64,000 bases of DNA from Nitrospirales bacterium. GTDB taxonomy: Bacteria > Nitrospirota > Nitrospiria > Nitrospirales > UBA8639. The stretch covers positions 3,488,001 through 3,552,000 of the forward strand of contig OY820905.2 in the NCBI GenBank assembly GCA_963555755.3, given 5' to 3'. The translations under genes and the position numbers were made by a program. Numbering within the stretch: position 1 is the first letter of the stretch; each line of letters opens with the position of its first letter. The notes beneath the pieces are model-generated. The model had not been told where the DNA came from. It saw only the letters and a program-made list of their open reading frames with translations, and did not search any database. Positions 10,281-20,004 of the stretch are shown in pieces.

Positions 10281-10312
10281 GGATTTCGTGATCCGTAATG
10301 CGTGATGGGTGG

Positions 10313-10453
10313 GTAACTACTCAGGTTGCTTCAATTTTGGCTCAGGACAAGGCGCGAGGAGCGCAGAACCGGAGCGTATGTGGGAATACGTGAGGATTTG
10401 AGCACCACAGCAACGCCGTCATGAGCCAAAAGGGAAGTGACCTGAGTAGTTAC
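10313..10453. mobile_element. 141-bp MITE (family D) with 8-bp target duplication
   Basis: TIR GTAACTACTCAGG/CCTGAGTAGTTAC; ATGGGTGG repeated at 10305-10312 and 10454-10461. Confidence 0.85.
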
Positions 10454-10550
10454 ATGGGTGGAAGAAACACCTCTGGTTTTCCCCTACGCTTCACGTCCCC
10501 AAAGAACGCCGTTGGCGGACACTCAGGTTGGTTCAACAGCCCAATTTCCT

Positions 10551-11858
10551 CTAAGAAGGTGGGGCAAGACTGTCACGAACAGTAGACCCAAAGGTTCGTT
10601 GAGGAATATCGGCCACGGCCCCTCGATACCCAATTCCGTCTTTGATCACTTCGACCAACGCGTCTTGGTCGAATAAGGCCGGATTCTCGATCACATCACT
10701 GGCACTCAGGAGAAGGTCGGCCCGTTTTCCCGGCACGAGACTCCCTGTATCATCCTGCCCGATTCGCTCAGCTGCCAATCCTGTCCCCGCATACCACGCT
10801 GAAAGCGGAGAGAGGCCATCCTGAATCAACGACACGACTTCCATGTAATTGCGTCCGTGCATGTTCGGCAAAATAGGATCGGTGCCCGTCAACATTTTCA
10901 GTCCGCTTGCGTGAGCAATCCGAACGGCTTCCGCATGAACCTCTGAAACTTGTTGCACTTTCTCCATCACAAAGGGCGTGAGCCCTTCAGCCGAGGATAA
11001 GGTTCGGCTAATCCAGGACGTGGGGGTCACGGTACACCCTTTGGCATACGCCCGTTCTGCCAAGTCCTGATCCATAAAAGAGATATGTTGAATATCCTGC
11101 ACCCCACAGTCGATGGCTAGACCAATTCCTCGCTTACTGTGAGCATGGGCCGCGACCATGAGGCCTCGGCCCGCAGCCTCATCACAAATGGCGTCAATCT
11201 CCGCTTGAGTAAAATCGCGGTCCTCTAATTTATCAGAAGGTGAGACCACTCCAGGGCTGGTACAAATTTTTATGAGATCGCCACCACATGCTGCGATCTC
11301 TCGCACACGCTTTCGACATTCCCAAGGCCCATCCACAATACTCGACGGCTGACCGGGACCAGGCGGCCACAATCGCGACACCGCGGCATGACACCGATCC
11401 GGCCCACGAAAATCCGCATGGCCACCGGTTGTCGACAGCATGCAAATGGCAATTTTCAAACGAGGGCCAATGATCATGCCCTCCTCCACCATGCGTTTCA
11501 AAAAATGTGTGGCCCCACCGACATCACGGACTGTCGTCACGCCGCCGTTGACCAGCGTGGCATATAAAATACGCTCGGCATACAACAACCCCGCCTGCGT
11601 ATTCATCGTATCCATATCCTCACTGCGGATGCCCACCACCGTCACATGGCTGTGGCAATCAATCAGGCCCGGCGTCACGGTATACGAGGAGCAATCCACT
11701 CGACGGATCTCCGAGCCAGTGGGACCTTGAGAATCGTGCGGTTTCACGGCGTGAACCTTGCCTTGATCAATCCAAAGATCCACACCTTCATGAACCGCTT
11801 TCGGAGAGGCTGATGTCCCATCATACAATTTTCGAATATTGGCAAGAACGATCATCAC
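10551..11858 (-). CDS. amidohydrolase family protein (Xaa-Pro dipeptidase-like)
   Basis: TPGLIDCHSH, GVTTVRDVGG, TGGHAD, VAAHAH, GTD, GKRADLL. Confidence 0.9.
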   Translation of the reverse strand: MMIVLANIRKLYDGTSASPKAVHEGVDLWIDQGKVHAVKPHDSQGPTGSEIRRVDCSSYTVTPGLIDCHSHVTVVGIRSEDMDTMNTQAGLLYAERILYATLVNGGVTTVRDVGGATHFLKRMVEEGMIIGPRLKIAICMLSTTGGHADFRGPDRCHAAVSRLWPPGPGQPSSIVDGPWECRKRVREIAACGGDLIKICTSPGVVSPSDKLEDRDFTQAEIDAICDEAAGRGLMVAAHAHSKRGIGLAIDCGVQDIQHISFMDQDLAERAYAKGCTVTPTSWISRTLSSAEGLTPFVMEKVQQVSEVHAEAVRIAHASGLKMLTGTDPILPNMHGRNYMEVVSLIQDGLSPLSAWYAGTGLAAERIGQDDTGSLVPGKRADLLLSASDVIENPALFDQDALVEVIKDGIGYRGAVADIPQRTFGSTVRDSLAPPS

Positions 11859-12005
11859 TTCACCTCATAAGAACCAAACTTCTTCTACTCACCATCCTCT
11901 ATCGCATTCGAGAGAATTTCTCAATGCCGTCAGCATTCCAACCGATTGAAACACCAGAATATTTTGATTAGATCGGCAAAAATAACCCTTCTATCGCACG
12001 GGTTT

Positions 12006-12032
12006 GTCAACCAAAGCCGATAGTACACGTTA
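12006..12032 (+). promoter_or_regulatory. ECF-type promoter candidate
   Basis: GTCAAC-N16-CGTT (AAC 12009-12011, CGT 12028-12030) upstream of an operon that encodes an ECF sigma factor. Confidence 0.55.
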
Positions 12033-12085
12033 GAGGAGTTATAGGGGGACGATTTCACAAATATTTTTTTCACTTGGAGGGATTC

Positions 12086-12658
12086 ATGATTAAAACACAA
12101 TGGCTCTGGACATTAACGTTGATCGCAGTACTGGCGGTTTCACCTGCCTTCGCTCAAGAAAATCGAGTAGATCGCATTGGGGATCGGATTGATCACCGAC
12201 TTGATCGCAAGGGAGAAGGAATCGACAATCGGCTCGATCGACGAGGAGACCGTCTCGAAGAACGTTTTGATCGGAAAGGGGATCGGATTGAAAACCGATT
12301 AGATCGCAAGGGAGAAATAATCGACAATCGGTTGGACCGAAAAGCCAACCGGGCACGTGAAGCAGGCCAGGACCAACTGGCTGATCGGCTCGATCAAAAG
12401 GGAAATCGTATTGAAAATCGGCTGGAACGAAAAGGAGACCGGATTGACAGACGGTTGGATCGTAAAGGAAACCGAGTTGGCCGGCATTTGGATCGAAAAG
12501 GCGATCGGGTGGAACAACGCATGGACCGAAAAGGTGACCGAATCAACAATCGATTAGACCGACGAGGGGAACGCCTCGGGGGGCAACGAGGTACGCCCCG
12601 GCAACGCCCAGCCAGGTCTGCTCCACAGCGCGCCCCCCATCGTAGCGGACGAAAGTGA
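12086..12658 (+). CDS. secreted protein with 11-aa tandem repeats (GDRIENRLDRK)
   Basis: GGAGG RBS, Sec signal ending AFA-Q, about a dozen GxRI(D/E)xRLDR(K/R) units. Confidence 0.85.
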   Translation: MIKTQWLWTLTLIAVLAVSPAFAQENRVDRIGDRIDHRLDRKGEGIDNRLDRRGDRLEERFDRKGDRIENRLDRKGEIIDNRLDRKANRAREAGQDQLADRLDQKGNRIENRLERKGDRIDRRLDRKGNRVGRHLDRKGDRVEQRMDRKGDRINNRLDRRGERLGGQRGTPRQRPARSAPQRAPHRSGRK

Positions 12659-13128
12659 GGAGTGAAATTCCTCTGGCTTCTTGAGGTCAATCAGGCATGA
12701 CCTCGTGGCTATTGGGTGATGTGGGAGGCCGACGACTCTGGAAGCACCTCAGGCATTGGACTATTTTCTGGCTGGAGTAGAGCGGCGCGCCTTCCGTATG
12801 GCCCAACTGGCCACTGAAGATCAGGCTGAGGCATTGGACATTGTCCAAGATTCCATGGTCAAATTAGTTCAAAAGTATGCCGGTCGCCAAGAATCAGAAT
12901 TGGGTCCCCTCTTTCATACTATCGTTCAGAGCCGCATTAAGGATTGGCACCGAAGAAATTGGGTTCGAACCCGGTGGCGAGTCTGGTTTACCGGAAGCAC
13001 TCAAGCGGAGGAGAATGAAGGGGACAATCCGATCCAGCAACTTCCCGACACCCTATCTGCTGACCCAAGTGAGCAGACCGAAAGAACGCAAGCCATGGCC
13101 GTTCTAGAACAATCATTGCGCACACTTC

Positions 13129-14116
13129 CCTGCATACCGGCTTAACTCCAGTTGCTACTAGATTTTGTGGGTCCTCTGAATTTTTTGGAGCGGAGCCGGG
13201 TCGACTGCGATAGCATTTTCCAGGAGTCGATGAAACAAGAGGCCCCGAGAGCGCGAGGTCCGACGATTGAATCGAAAGATAAATTCATTCAGGTAGGCGT
13301 CGAGGTACTTATGATCAAGGCGTCCCTGGTATGTGCCCAGTAGCCAACGTTTCACCAGCGAAATGGCACGGTGGACTCGTGGCAACAGGTTGTCCGCGTC
13401 TGGGTCGTGATTTCCCCCAACATCGGACGTTCGCATTGGTTTGTGCCCATACCCTTCGTCTGCCAGACAGCAATAACTTGTGAGTCCGTCGGTTATAATC
13501 GTACTGCCAGGCTCAACATGCTGCTGAACGAAATTCTTGACATCCGCGCTCGTCCGGCCCTTAAGCGTTTGCCTTCGCATTCGCCCACTTCCTTTGTCTT
13601 TGATTTCCACGGCAACGCCAACAAGTTGCTTGTTTCCTTCTCCACCCAAATAGGCTTCAGCCACTTCAACTGGCCCGGCAAGACGGTTGCGGGAGGGGCG
13701 ACCCATCGCAACCCGTAATTTATGAAGCATGAGCCACGCAGGCTCGTGACCGCTCATCCCCAACACCCTTTGCAACGTTTGAGCACTCGCGCCATTTTTC
13801 TGGCTTGTAAACCACCAGATTGCCTGAAACCAAATGCGCAACGGGATACGAGAATCTTGAAAAATCGTTCCGGCCAAGGGTGACTGCTGATATTGACAGC
13901 TGGAGCACATCGACAACCCTCGCTTGGTTTTCCACCTCTTTTGATTCCCACATTTCACACAGGTATACCCGTCTGGCCATCGAAGCTTCTCAATATGGGT
14001 GGGACAGGCCTCCTCAGTAAAAAAACGGGTCATCAGATCGGCCATGTCCTTGGGGTAACTCACCATGTCGCAAAACACTACATAGTGGGACAACTGGAGT
14101 CAAGCCGGTATGCAGG
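13129..14116 (-). mobile_element. IS1595-family insertion sequence
   Basis: 26-bp TIR CCTGCATACCGGCTT(A/G)ACTCCAGTTG; 8-bp TSD CACACTTC at 13121-13128 and 14117-14124. Confidence 0.93.
13158..14093 (-). CDS. IS1595 transposase (first catalytic Asp appears replaced)
   Basis: Zn ribbon [11 protein letters not shown]...[14 protein letters not shown] (family consensus VEVDE); [15 protein letters not shown]. Confidence 0.88.
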   Translation of the reverse strand: MSHYVVFCDMVSYPKDMADLMTRFFTEEACPTHIEKLRWPDGYTCVKCGNQKRWKTKRGLSMCSSCQYQQSPLAGTIFQDSRIPLRIWFQAIWWFTSQKNGASAQTLQRVLGMSGHEPAWLMLHKLRVAMGRPSRNRLAGPVEVAEAYLGGEGNKQLVGVAVEIKDKGSGRMRRQTLKGRTSADVKNFVQQHVEPGSTIITDGLTSYCCLADEGYGHKPMRTSDVGGNHDPDADNLLPRVHRAISLVKRWLLGTYQGRLDHKYLDAYLNEFIFRFNRRTSRSRGLLFHRLLENAIAVDPAPLQKIQRTHKI

Positions 14117-14278
14117 CACACTTCCACTCAGGCAACAACAAGCTTTCTTGCTACGAGCGTGGGAAGGATGCGATGTCGCGGAAACCGCACAAGCCATGGG
14201 GTGCTCAGAAGGCAGTGTCAAAACCCATTATTCCCGCGCCGTGCATTCGTTGCGAAAACACTTACAAGAGTTTGGACC

Positions 14279-14632
14279 ATGACCCCTGCTGAACACGAAG
14301 AAGCTCTTGTCGCAAAGGTCAAAGACCAACTGAACCAAAGTGTCGAACAGTTGGATGCAGAAGTCGTGGCACGATTACGGAGTGCTCGATACGAGGCGCT
14401 GCATAGCCAGCCTCAACGGACTCCCTGGTTGTGGCCCGTCTCGGGTTTGGCCACCGCCTGCAGCGCCCTTCTGGTGGCTTTATTGTGGTGGGGTTCTCCT
14501 CTGGAACAAGCCCCGCCCGAAACCGCACAAATCATCGAAGACGTAGAGGTGCTAATAGCCGATGACCCATTAGATTTGTATGAAAATTTGGAATTTTATG
14601 GATGGTTAGCGGAACAGGAGCATGCGAGTTAA
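14279..14632 (+). CDS. anti-sigma factor-like membrane protein (DUF3619-like)
   Basis: ATGA overlap with the sigma stop; [10 protein letters not shown], one TM helix, [12 protein letters not shown]. Confidence 0.75.
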   Translation: MTPAEHEEALVAKVKDQLNQSVEQLDAEVVARLRSARYEALHSQPQRTPWLWPVSGLATACSALLVALLWWGSPLEQAPPETAQIIEDVEVLIADDPLDLYENLEFYGWLAEQEHAS

Positions 14633-14657
14633 GGGCTCGTGGTAGGGGTATCTCCCC

Positions 14658-15137
14658 ATGAAAGTGCCATTCATGAATAGACCGTTGATCCAGGCCTGGA
14701 TATTCGTTCTGGCGACGCTGGTCGCTGGCCACGCCTGGGCTCAATCGGGTTCGGCTACCATCCCCTGGAGTCAACTATCCCCCAGTGAGCAAAAAGTCCT
14801 CGCTCCGCTTAAAGAATCTTGGAATCAACTCCCCGCCGTTCGCCAACACCGGATGCAAAATGGAGCCGAACGTTGGGCAGGTATGTCAGCCGAGCAACGG
14901 CTAAAGGCACAAAAACGGCTTAAAAAGTGGAAACAATTGGGACCGGAGCGAAAAAAACGCATTCGGGAGTCGTTCAAAGAGTTTAAGGAATTACCCATTT
15001 TAAAAAGACAATTTCTTCGTGAACGACGAAGAATATTTCAAAACCTTCCTAGGGAACACCAAAGACGACTCCGCGATAAGTGGCAGAAGCGAGGCTTAAG
15101 ACTCAAGGGCACCTCTAAAAACCGTCCTTTTCCGTGA
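14658..15137 (+). CDS. DUF3106 family exported protein
   Basis: Signal peptide; WSQLSPSEQKVLAPL..WNQLP..., repeated W/F..L..E helices; last codons derive from a MITE. Confidence 0.8.
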   Translation: MKVPFMNRPLIQAWIFVLATLVAGHAWAQSGSATIPWSQLSPSEQKVLAPLKESWNQLPAVRQHRMQNGAERWAGMSAEQRLKAQKRLKKWKQLGPERKKRIRESFKEFKELPILKRQFLRERRRIFQNLPREHQRRLRDKWQKRGLRLKGTSKNRPFP

Positions 15138-15247
15138 TGGCGGCGTCAGCCGCGTGCTCACATCCTCATGTATTCGCCCATACACTCCGGTTTTCCGCGC
15201 GCGGCTTCCTTGCCCTCACAAAAAATGCCTGGTTTGTAGAGGTGCCC
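15107..15247. repeat. MITE-like element, family C copy 1 (141 bp)
   Basis: TIR GGGCACCTCTA/TAGAGGTGCCC; reverse complement of 18618-18758. Confidence 0.88.
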
Positions 15248-15636
15248 TCAAGAAACGGTTTGATGCAGGCAGAGGGAACAATCAAGACTAAAAATGAACA
15301 ATTCGATCACTTCCAAATTTAGGCCCATGATAATTCCTGCATCTGCCTCTGAGCAGAAAGAATTATCCTTCTTTACGGAATTGAAAGTACCAATAAAATC
15401 GAGCCCATGCCAATCAACTTGGCAGGATTTATTCAACCATGATACGCTAACCTCATGGTAATCAGATTCGATTGAACACGCCTGTCATTTCTGCCAGGAC
15501 AACAAGATCTCAAACTCAAAAACATCCCTTGAATTCCCTTCAGCCTCAAACCAAAATACCCATTCCCCAAAGGGTGCAAGAATAGAGGGACCTGTTTGTT
15601 TCGATACCCTTGTGACACTATGGTGTTGGAACACAC

Positions 15637-18531
15637 GTGATGGCTACTCAAACTGGACATAATTGGTTCTTTGAGCCAGAGACCTTCCCGGCCAGGCATA
15701 TTGGTCCCACAGAGACAGAAATCCAGGAAATGTTGGGTGTGTTGGGATTAGCCTCCCTTGATGCCTTAGTGCAAACCACTATTCCCGATGACATTCGGCT
15801 TAAGCAACCGCTGAACCTCCCATCACAACGAAACGAACACGAGGTACTACGTGAACTCAAAGGCTTAGCCCAGCAAAACAAAGTTTTTCGATCATTTATT
15901 GGGATGGGGTATTACGATTGTTTCCCGCCACCAGTCATCCTTCGAAATATTTTAGAGAACCCGGCTTGGTACACCCAATACACCCCCTATCAAGCAGAAA
16001 TTGCTCAAGGACGATTAGAAGCCCTCCTTAACTTTCAGACAGTGATCACCGATCTCACGGGATTACCGTTAGCCAATGCCTCATTATTGGATGAAGGAAC
16101 TGCTGCCGCAGAAGCCATGGCCATGTGCCTCGCCATTGGAAAATCTTCCCGAACTAAATTTTTTGCCTCCCAAGGGTGTCACCCCCAAACCCTGGCGGTG
16201 CTTAGCACGCGGGCTAGCTCACTGGGGATTTCGCTAGATATTGCCCCCGTTGATAGCATTGATTGGGAACAGAGCTCGTACTGTGGCCTTCTTCTCCAAT
16301 ACCCGACGACCGACGGGTATCTTCGCGATTATCAGGATTTGACCCAGCGCGCTCATGATGCTGGAACAAAAGTCGTTGTGGCCACGGACCTGTTAGCCCT
16401 TACGCTATTGAAACCACCAGGAGAATTTGGTGCGGACATTGCGGTGGGATCGAGTCAACGATTTGGGGTCCCTCTTGGCTTTGGGGGTCCCCACGCAGCC
16501 TTCCTGTCAACCAAAGAAGAGTATAAACGGCAAATACCGGGACGGATCGTCGGAGCATCCAAAGACGCCAACGGTAAGACCGCCTATCGCCTTGCCCTCC
16601 AAACGCGCGAACAACATATTCGCCGGGATCGGGCCACAAGTAACATCTGCACAGCTCAAGTGCTGTTGGCGAATATCGCCGGTTTCTACGCCGTGTACCA
16701 TGGTCCCAATGGGCTCAAACGTATCGCGGAACGGGTGCACGGACTCACACAGGTTTTGGCTGAAGGCTTGACACGACTCGGATGGCAAGTCACCGACGAA
16801 CTGTTTTTCGATACGATGCGCGTTTCATCCGGGCCGTTAAAGCTGGAGAAACTGATCAAGCAAGCCACACATCATCGCATCAACTTTCGACATTTTGATG
16901 ATGGCACGTTCGGCATATCGCTAGACGAAGCCACGACGCTGGATGACCTCGATATTCTGTTTAAAACCTTCTCCAAAGATGGGCGCCTCTGGTTTTCTGC
17001 TAAAGAACTGGCTGAGCAGACAACCGTCTCTATTCCGGCGCCTTTTGCTCGAACCACGCCTTTTCTAACCCATGAAGTTTTTAATCGCTATCACTCGGAA
17101 CACGAGCTGTTGCGATACATGCATCGACTCCAATCCCGAGATCTTTCCTTGGTGCATTCGATGATTCCATTAGGATCGTGCACGATGAAACTCAATGCGA
17201 CGACTGAAATGATCCCCGTGACCTGGCCTGAATTCGGCCGAATTCATCCGTTTGCACCAAAAAACCAAACCACCGGGTATGATCAACTCTTTCAACAACT
17301 CGAGTCTTGGCTGGCGGAAATCTCGGGCTTTGCCGCAGTCTCGCTACAGCCGAATGCGGGATCTCAAGGGGAGTATGCCGGCCTAATGGTTATCAAGGCC
17401 TACCAAGTGGACCGAGGGGAGGGTCAACGGAATGTCTGTCTCATTCCTGTGTCCGCACATGGAACCAACCCAGCCAGTGCGGTGATTGCCGGACTCAAAA
17501 TGGTCCCGGTGTCCTGTGACGAACAGGGCAACATTGATGTCGCCGATCTACAGGCGAAAGCCAGCCAACATAAAGAAAATCTTACGGCCCTGATGGTGAC
17601 GTACCCTTCAACACACGGCGTGTTCGAGGAAACCATACGTGATGTATGTCGCATTGTTCATGAACATGGCGGGCAAGTCTATATGGACGGGGCCAACATG
17701 AATGCCATGGTCGGCCTCTGTCGGCCTGGGGACATGGGGGCCGATGTCTGTCATCTCAATTTGCATAAAACATTCTGCATTCCTCACGGCGGGGGCGGAC
17801 CGGGCATGGGGCCTATTGCCGTTGCTGGGCATTTGGCGCCATTCTTACCAGGGCACCCGATTCACAACCCCAGCGGAGATCAAGCCATTGGCGCGGTGTC
17901 AGCAGCACCATATGGCAGTCCCAGCATCCTGCCCATTTCCTGGGCATTCATCGCTCTGATGGGGGGAGATGGGCTTACGTATTCCACACAAGTCGCCATT
18001 CTCAGCGCCAACTATATGGCGAAGCGCCTTGAGAAAGACTACACGGTGCTGTACAGGGGCAAGGGTGGATTGTCGGCGCATGAGTTTATTCTTGACCTAC
18101 GCCCATTTAAAAAATCAGCGGACGTCGAGGTCGAAGACGTGGCCAAACGCCTCATGGATTTTGGCTTTCATGCGCCAACGATTTCTTGGCCGGTTCCCGG
18201 CACCATGATGATCGAACCCACGGAGAGCGAGTCAAAGACCGAGCTGGATCGGTATTGTGAAGCCCTGATTACGATTCGCAGAGAAATTGAGGCCATTGAA
18301 GAGGGCCGACTCCCTCGAGATGATAATCCCTTGAAGAACGCCCCCCACACCATCGAAGTGGTCAGCAGTTCCCAATGGACCCATCCATATACCCAGGAAC
18401 AGGCTGCGTTTCCCGTGCCCTGGTTGCGTGAGTACAAGTTCTGGCCATCCGTCTCGCGGATAGATAATGCCTATGGCGATCGGAATCTGGTGTGTACCTG
18501 TCCACCAATGGAAAGTTTTCAGGACTCGTAG
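15637..18531 (+). CDS. gcvP: glycine dehydrogenase (decarboxylating), glycine cleavage P protein
   Basis: [62 protein letters not shown]. Confidence 0.98.
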   Translation: MMATQTGHNWFFEPETFPARHIGPTETEIQEMLGVLGLASLDALVQTTIPDDIRLKQPLNLPSQRNEHEVLRELKGLAQQNKVFRSFIGMGYYDCFPPPVILRNILENPAWYTQYTPYQAEIAQGRLEALLNFQTVITDLTGLPLANASLLDEGTAAAEAMAMCLAIGKSSRTKFFASQGCHPQTLAVLSTRASSLGISLDIAPVDSIDWEQSSYCGLLLQYPTTDGYLRDYQDLTQRAHDAGTKVVVATDLLALTLLKPPGEFGADIAVGSSQRFGVPLGFGGPHAAFLSTKEEYKRQIPGRIVGASKDANGKTAYRLALQTREQHIRRDRATSNICTAQVLLANIAGFYAVYHGPNGLKRIAERVHGLTQVLAEGLTRLGWQVTDELFFDTMRVSSGPLKLEKLIKQATHHRINFRHFDDGTFGISLDEATTLDDLDILFKTFSKDGRLWFSAKELAEQTTVSIPAPFARTTPFLTHEVFNRYHSEHELLRYMHRLQSRDLSLVHSMIPLGSCTMKLNATTEMIPVTWPEFGRIHPFAPKNQTTGYDQLFQQLESWLAEISGFAAVSLQPNAGSQGEYAGLMVIKAYQVDRGEGQRNVCLIPVSAHGTNPASAVIAGLKMVPVSCDEQGNIDVADLQAKASQHKENLTALMVTYPSTHGVFEETIRDVCRIVHEHGGQVYMDGANMNAMVGLCRPGDMGADVCHLNLHKTFCIPHGGGGPGMGPIAVAGHLAPFLPGHPIHNPSGDQAIGAVSAAPYGSPSILPISWAFIALMGGDGLTYSTQVAILSANYMAKRLEKDYTVLYRGKGGLSAHEFILDLRPFKKSADVEVEDVAKRLMDFGFHAPTISWPVPGTMMIEPTESESKTELDRYCEALITIRREIEAIEEGRLPRDDNPLKNAPHTIEVVSSSQWTHPYTQEQAAFPVPWLREYKFWPSVSRIDNAYGDRNLVCTCPPMESFQDS

Positions 18532-18617
18532 TCTCCACCCCCACCCCCCAGAAGCCTGTCAAAAGGCTATCGTTTAATGGGTAAGGAACATCATTGCCCA
18601 GGGGCACAACCCCGCTA

Positions 18618-18758
18618 GGGCACCTCTAAAAACCAGGCATTTTTTGTGAGGGCAAGGAAGCCGCGCGCGGAAAACCGGAGTGTATGGGCGAATACATGAG
18701 GATGTGAGCACGCGGCTGACGCCGCCATCACGGAAAAGGACGGTTTTTAGAGGTGCCC
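18618..18758. repeat. MITE-like element, family C copy 2 (inverted relative to copy 1)
   Basis: Near-exact reverse complement of 15107-15247. Confidence 0.88.
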
Positions 18759-18856
18759 ATTAGATAGAAAAACAAAAAAATCCCTAAGAGGTCTGTTGAA
18801 TATTTCAGGTCAAGGACCCAAAGATGCTCCAGGAAAGACGGCTCACATCAGTGGGA

Positions 18857-19098
18857 GGGAATGTTCAAAAAAGCATGCCCTGAGTCTTTCCGAAGGGTCC
18901 GTCCAGCAAGGCCGCAACTCTTCCCGGCCTTCGTAGCTCACTTCGGCGGAGTAGGCTTGACGCGCGGAGCGTACTCTCAGTACGTGAGCACGACAAAAGG
19001 GCGACCTGCCTGCGCGAAGCCGCTCCGGCAGGCAAGGAACGCTCTGGCTTGTCAGCCGTAGCTTTACCGAAGGCTGGCGGCTTTTTTCAACATTCCCC
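18857..19098. repeat. MITE-like element, family B copy 2
   Basis: GGGAATGTTCAAAAA...TTTTTCAACATTCCC with the shared core. Confidence 0.8.
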
Positions 19099-19261
19099 TA
19101 AGGGTTCGCGCAAGAATAACTCCCCATGTTTGGGTGCTGAGACACCTGTCTGGCCAGGCGCGAGGACTGCGCATACTCCTCGTATGGAAAGGACGAGCAA
19201 CGCCGCCAGACGGGATGGATCGACGCCCAAACATGGGGAGTTATTCTTGCGCGAACCCTAA
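19099..19261. repeat. MITE-like element, family A copy 2
   Basis: Long TIR AGGGTTCGCGCAAGAATAACTCCCCATGTTTGGG / CCCAAACATGGGGAGTTATTCTTGCGCGAACCCT; abuts family B copy 2. Confidence 0.88.
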
Positions 19262-19797
19262 GGGTTGGGCGCGGACCATTGCGGGATGCGAGAGGGTTGG
19301 TTTTCTAAATGACTGGTATCGTAAATCCGTTCTTCCCCGGTAATGCCATCTTCATGAGGATCGGACCACATTTCGCCTTTGGACGTTTCAAATTCCCCAT
19401 TGCCATTGAGATCGACCCAATAAAACAAGGGGGACCCGACCGTCACTACCACGGGCGTTCCAAATTCATCGAGCCACACTTTGTAGGTTCGCCGGGCGGT
19501 CATGTAATCCACGTGGCCCGACCCGTTCATATCGAATTCACGGAAGAATAAATCGTTGCGCCAATCGTAATACGCTTTGACCTCTCGATCATCAAATTCA
19601 TCGGGCTCTTGAGGGATGGGGGAATAATCTCGAAGGTGTTTGCCTCGGTTGACCTCCGGATGTGTTTCACTCTTCCCATCTATGGATGCAGAGGGTGAGG
19701 TCTCTTCACCCAACACAGGAGTAATGGGTAGACAAATGACAAGCAAAAGACTCGCCATTGAACATGCGACTAGTGATGCCACTTGTTTTTGATTCAT
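19258..19797 (-). CDS. exported hypothetical protein with two DxNGxG (EF-hand-like) loops
   Basis: Signal peptide; DMNGSGHVD and DLNGNGEFE. Confidence 0.7.
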   Translation of the reverse strand: MNQKQVASLVACSMASLLLVICLPITPVLGEETSPSASIDGKSETHPEVNRGKHLRDYSPIPQEPDEFDDREVKAYYDWRNDLFFREFDMNGSGHVDYMTARRTYKVWLDEFGTPVVVTVGSPLFYWVDLNGNGEFETSKGEMWSDPHEDGITGEERIYDTSHLENQPSRIPQWSAPNP

Positions 19798-20004
19798 GAA
19801 TCAGGTTAGCGATTTCAGTTGAACATTTAATTGATACATTCGGGGAACCTGCTTGGGACTCATATAATCGCCTAGCCACCCTTGCTCTTTGAGTTCATCT
19901 TACCACAAAACCGGCAGTGTCCCGCAGTACCCGAATAGATGGTGGGCCATCTTTTCCTTGTCACATTGTGAGCTTATCCCCGGTCTGGCACAATGTGCAT
20001 CCTT

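Larger units (their letters stand above)
12738..14282 (+). pseudogene. ECF sigma factor split by an IS1595 insertion
   Basis: Region 2 (FLAGVERRAF...ALDIVQDSM) up to 13128 and region 4 ([16 protein letters not shown]...[10 protein letters not shown]) after 14116; removing the IS and one TSD restores the frame. Probable CTG start at 12738 after GGAGG. Confidence 0.9.

Noticed and set aside
12160..12580. 33-bp periodic repeats resembling a CRISPR array
   Set aside because: They are degenerate codons of an 11-aa protein repeat, with no constant repeat/unique spacer pattern and no cas genes.
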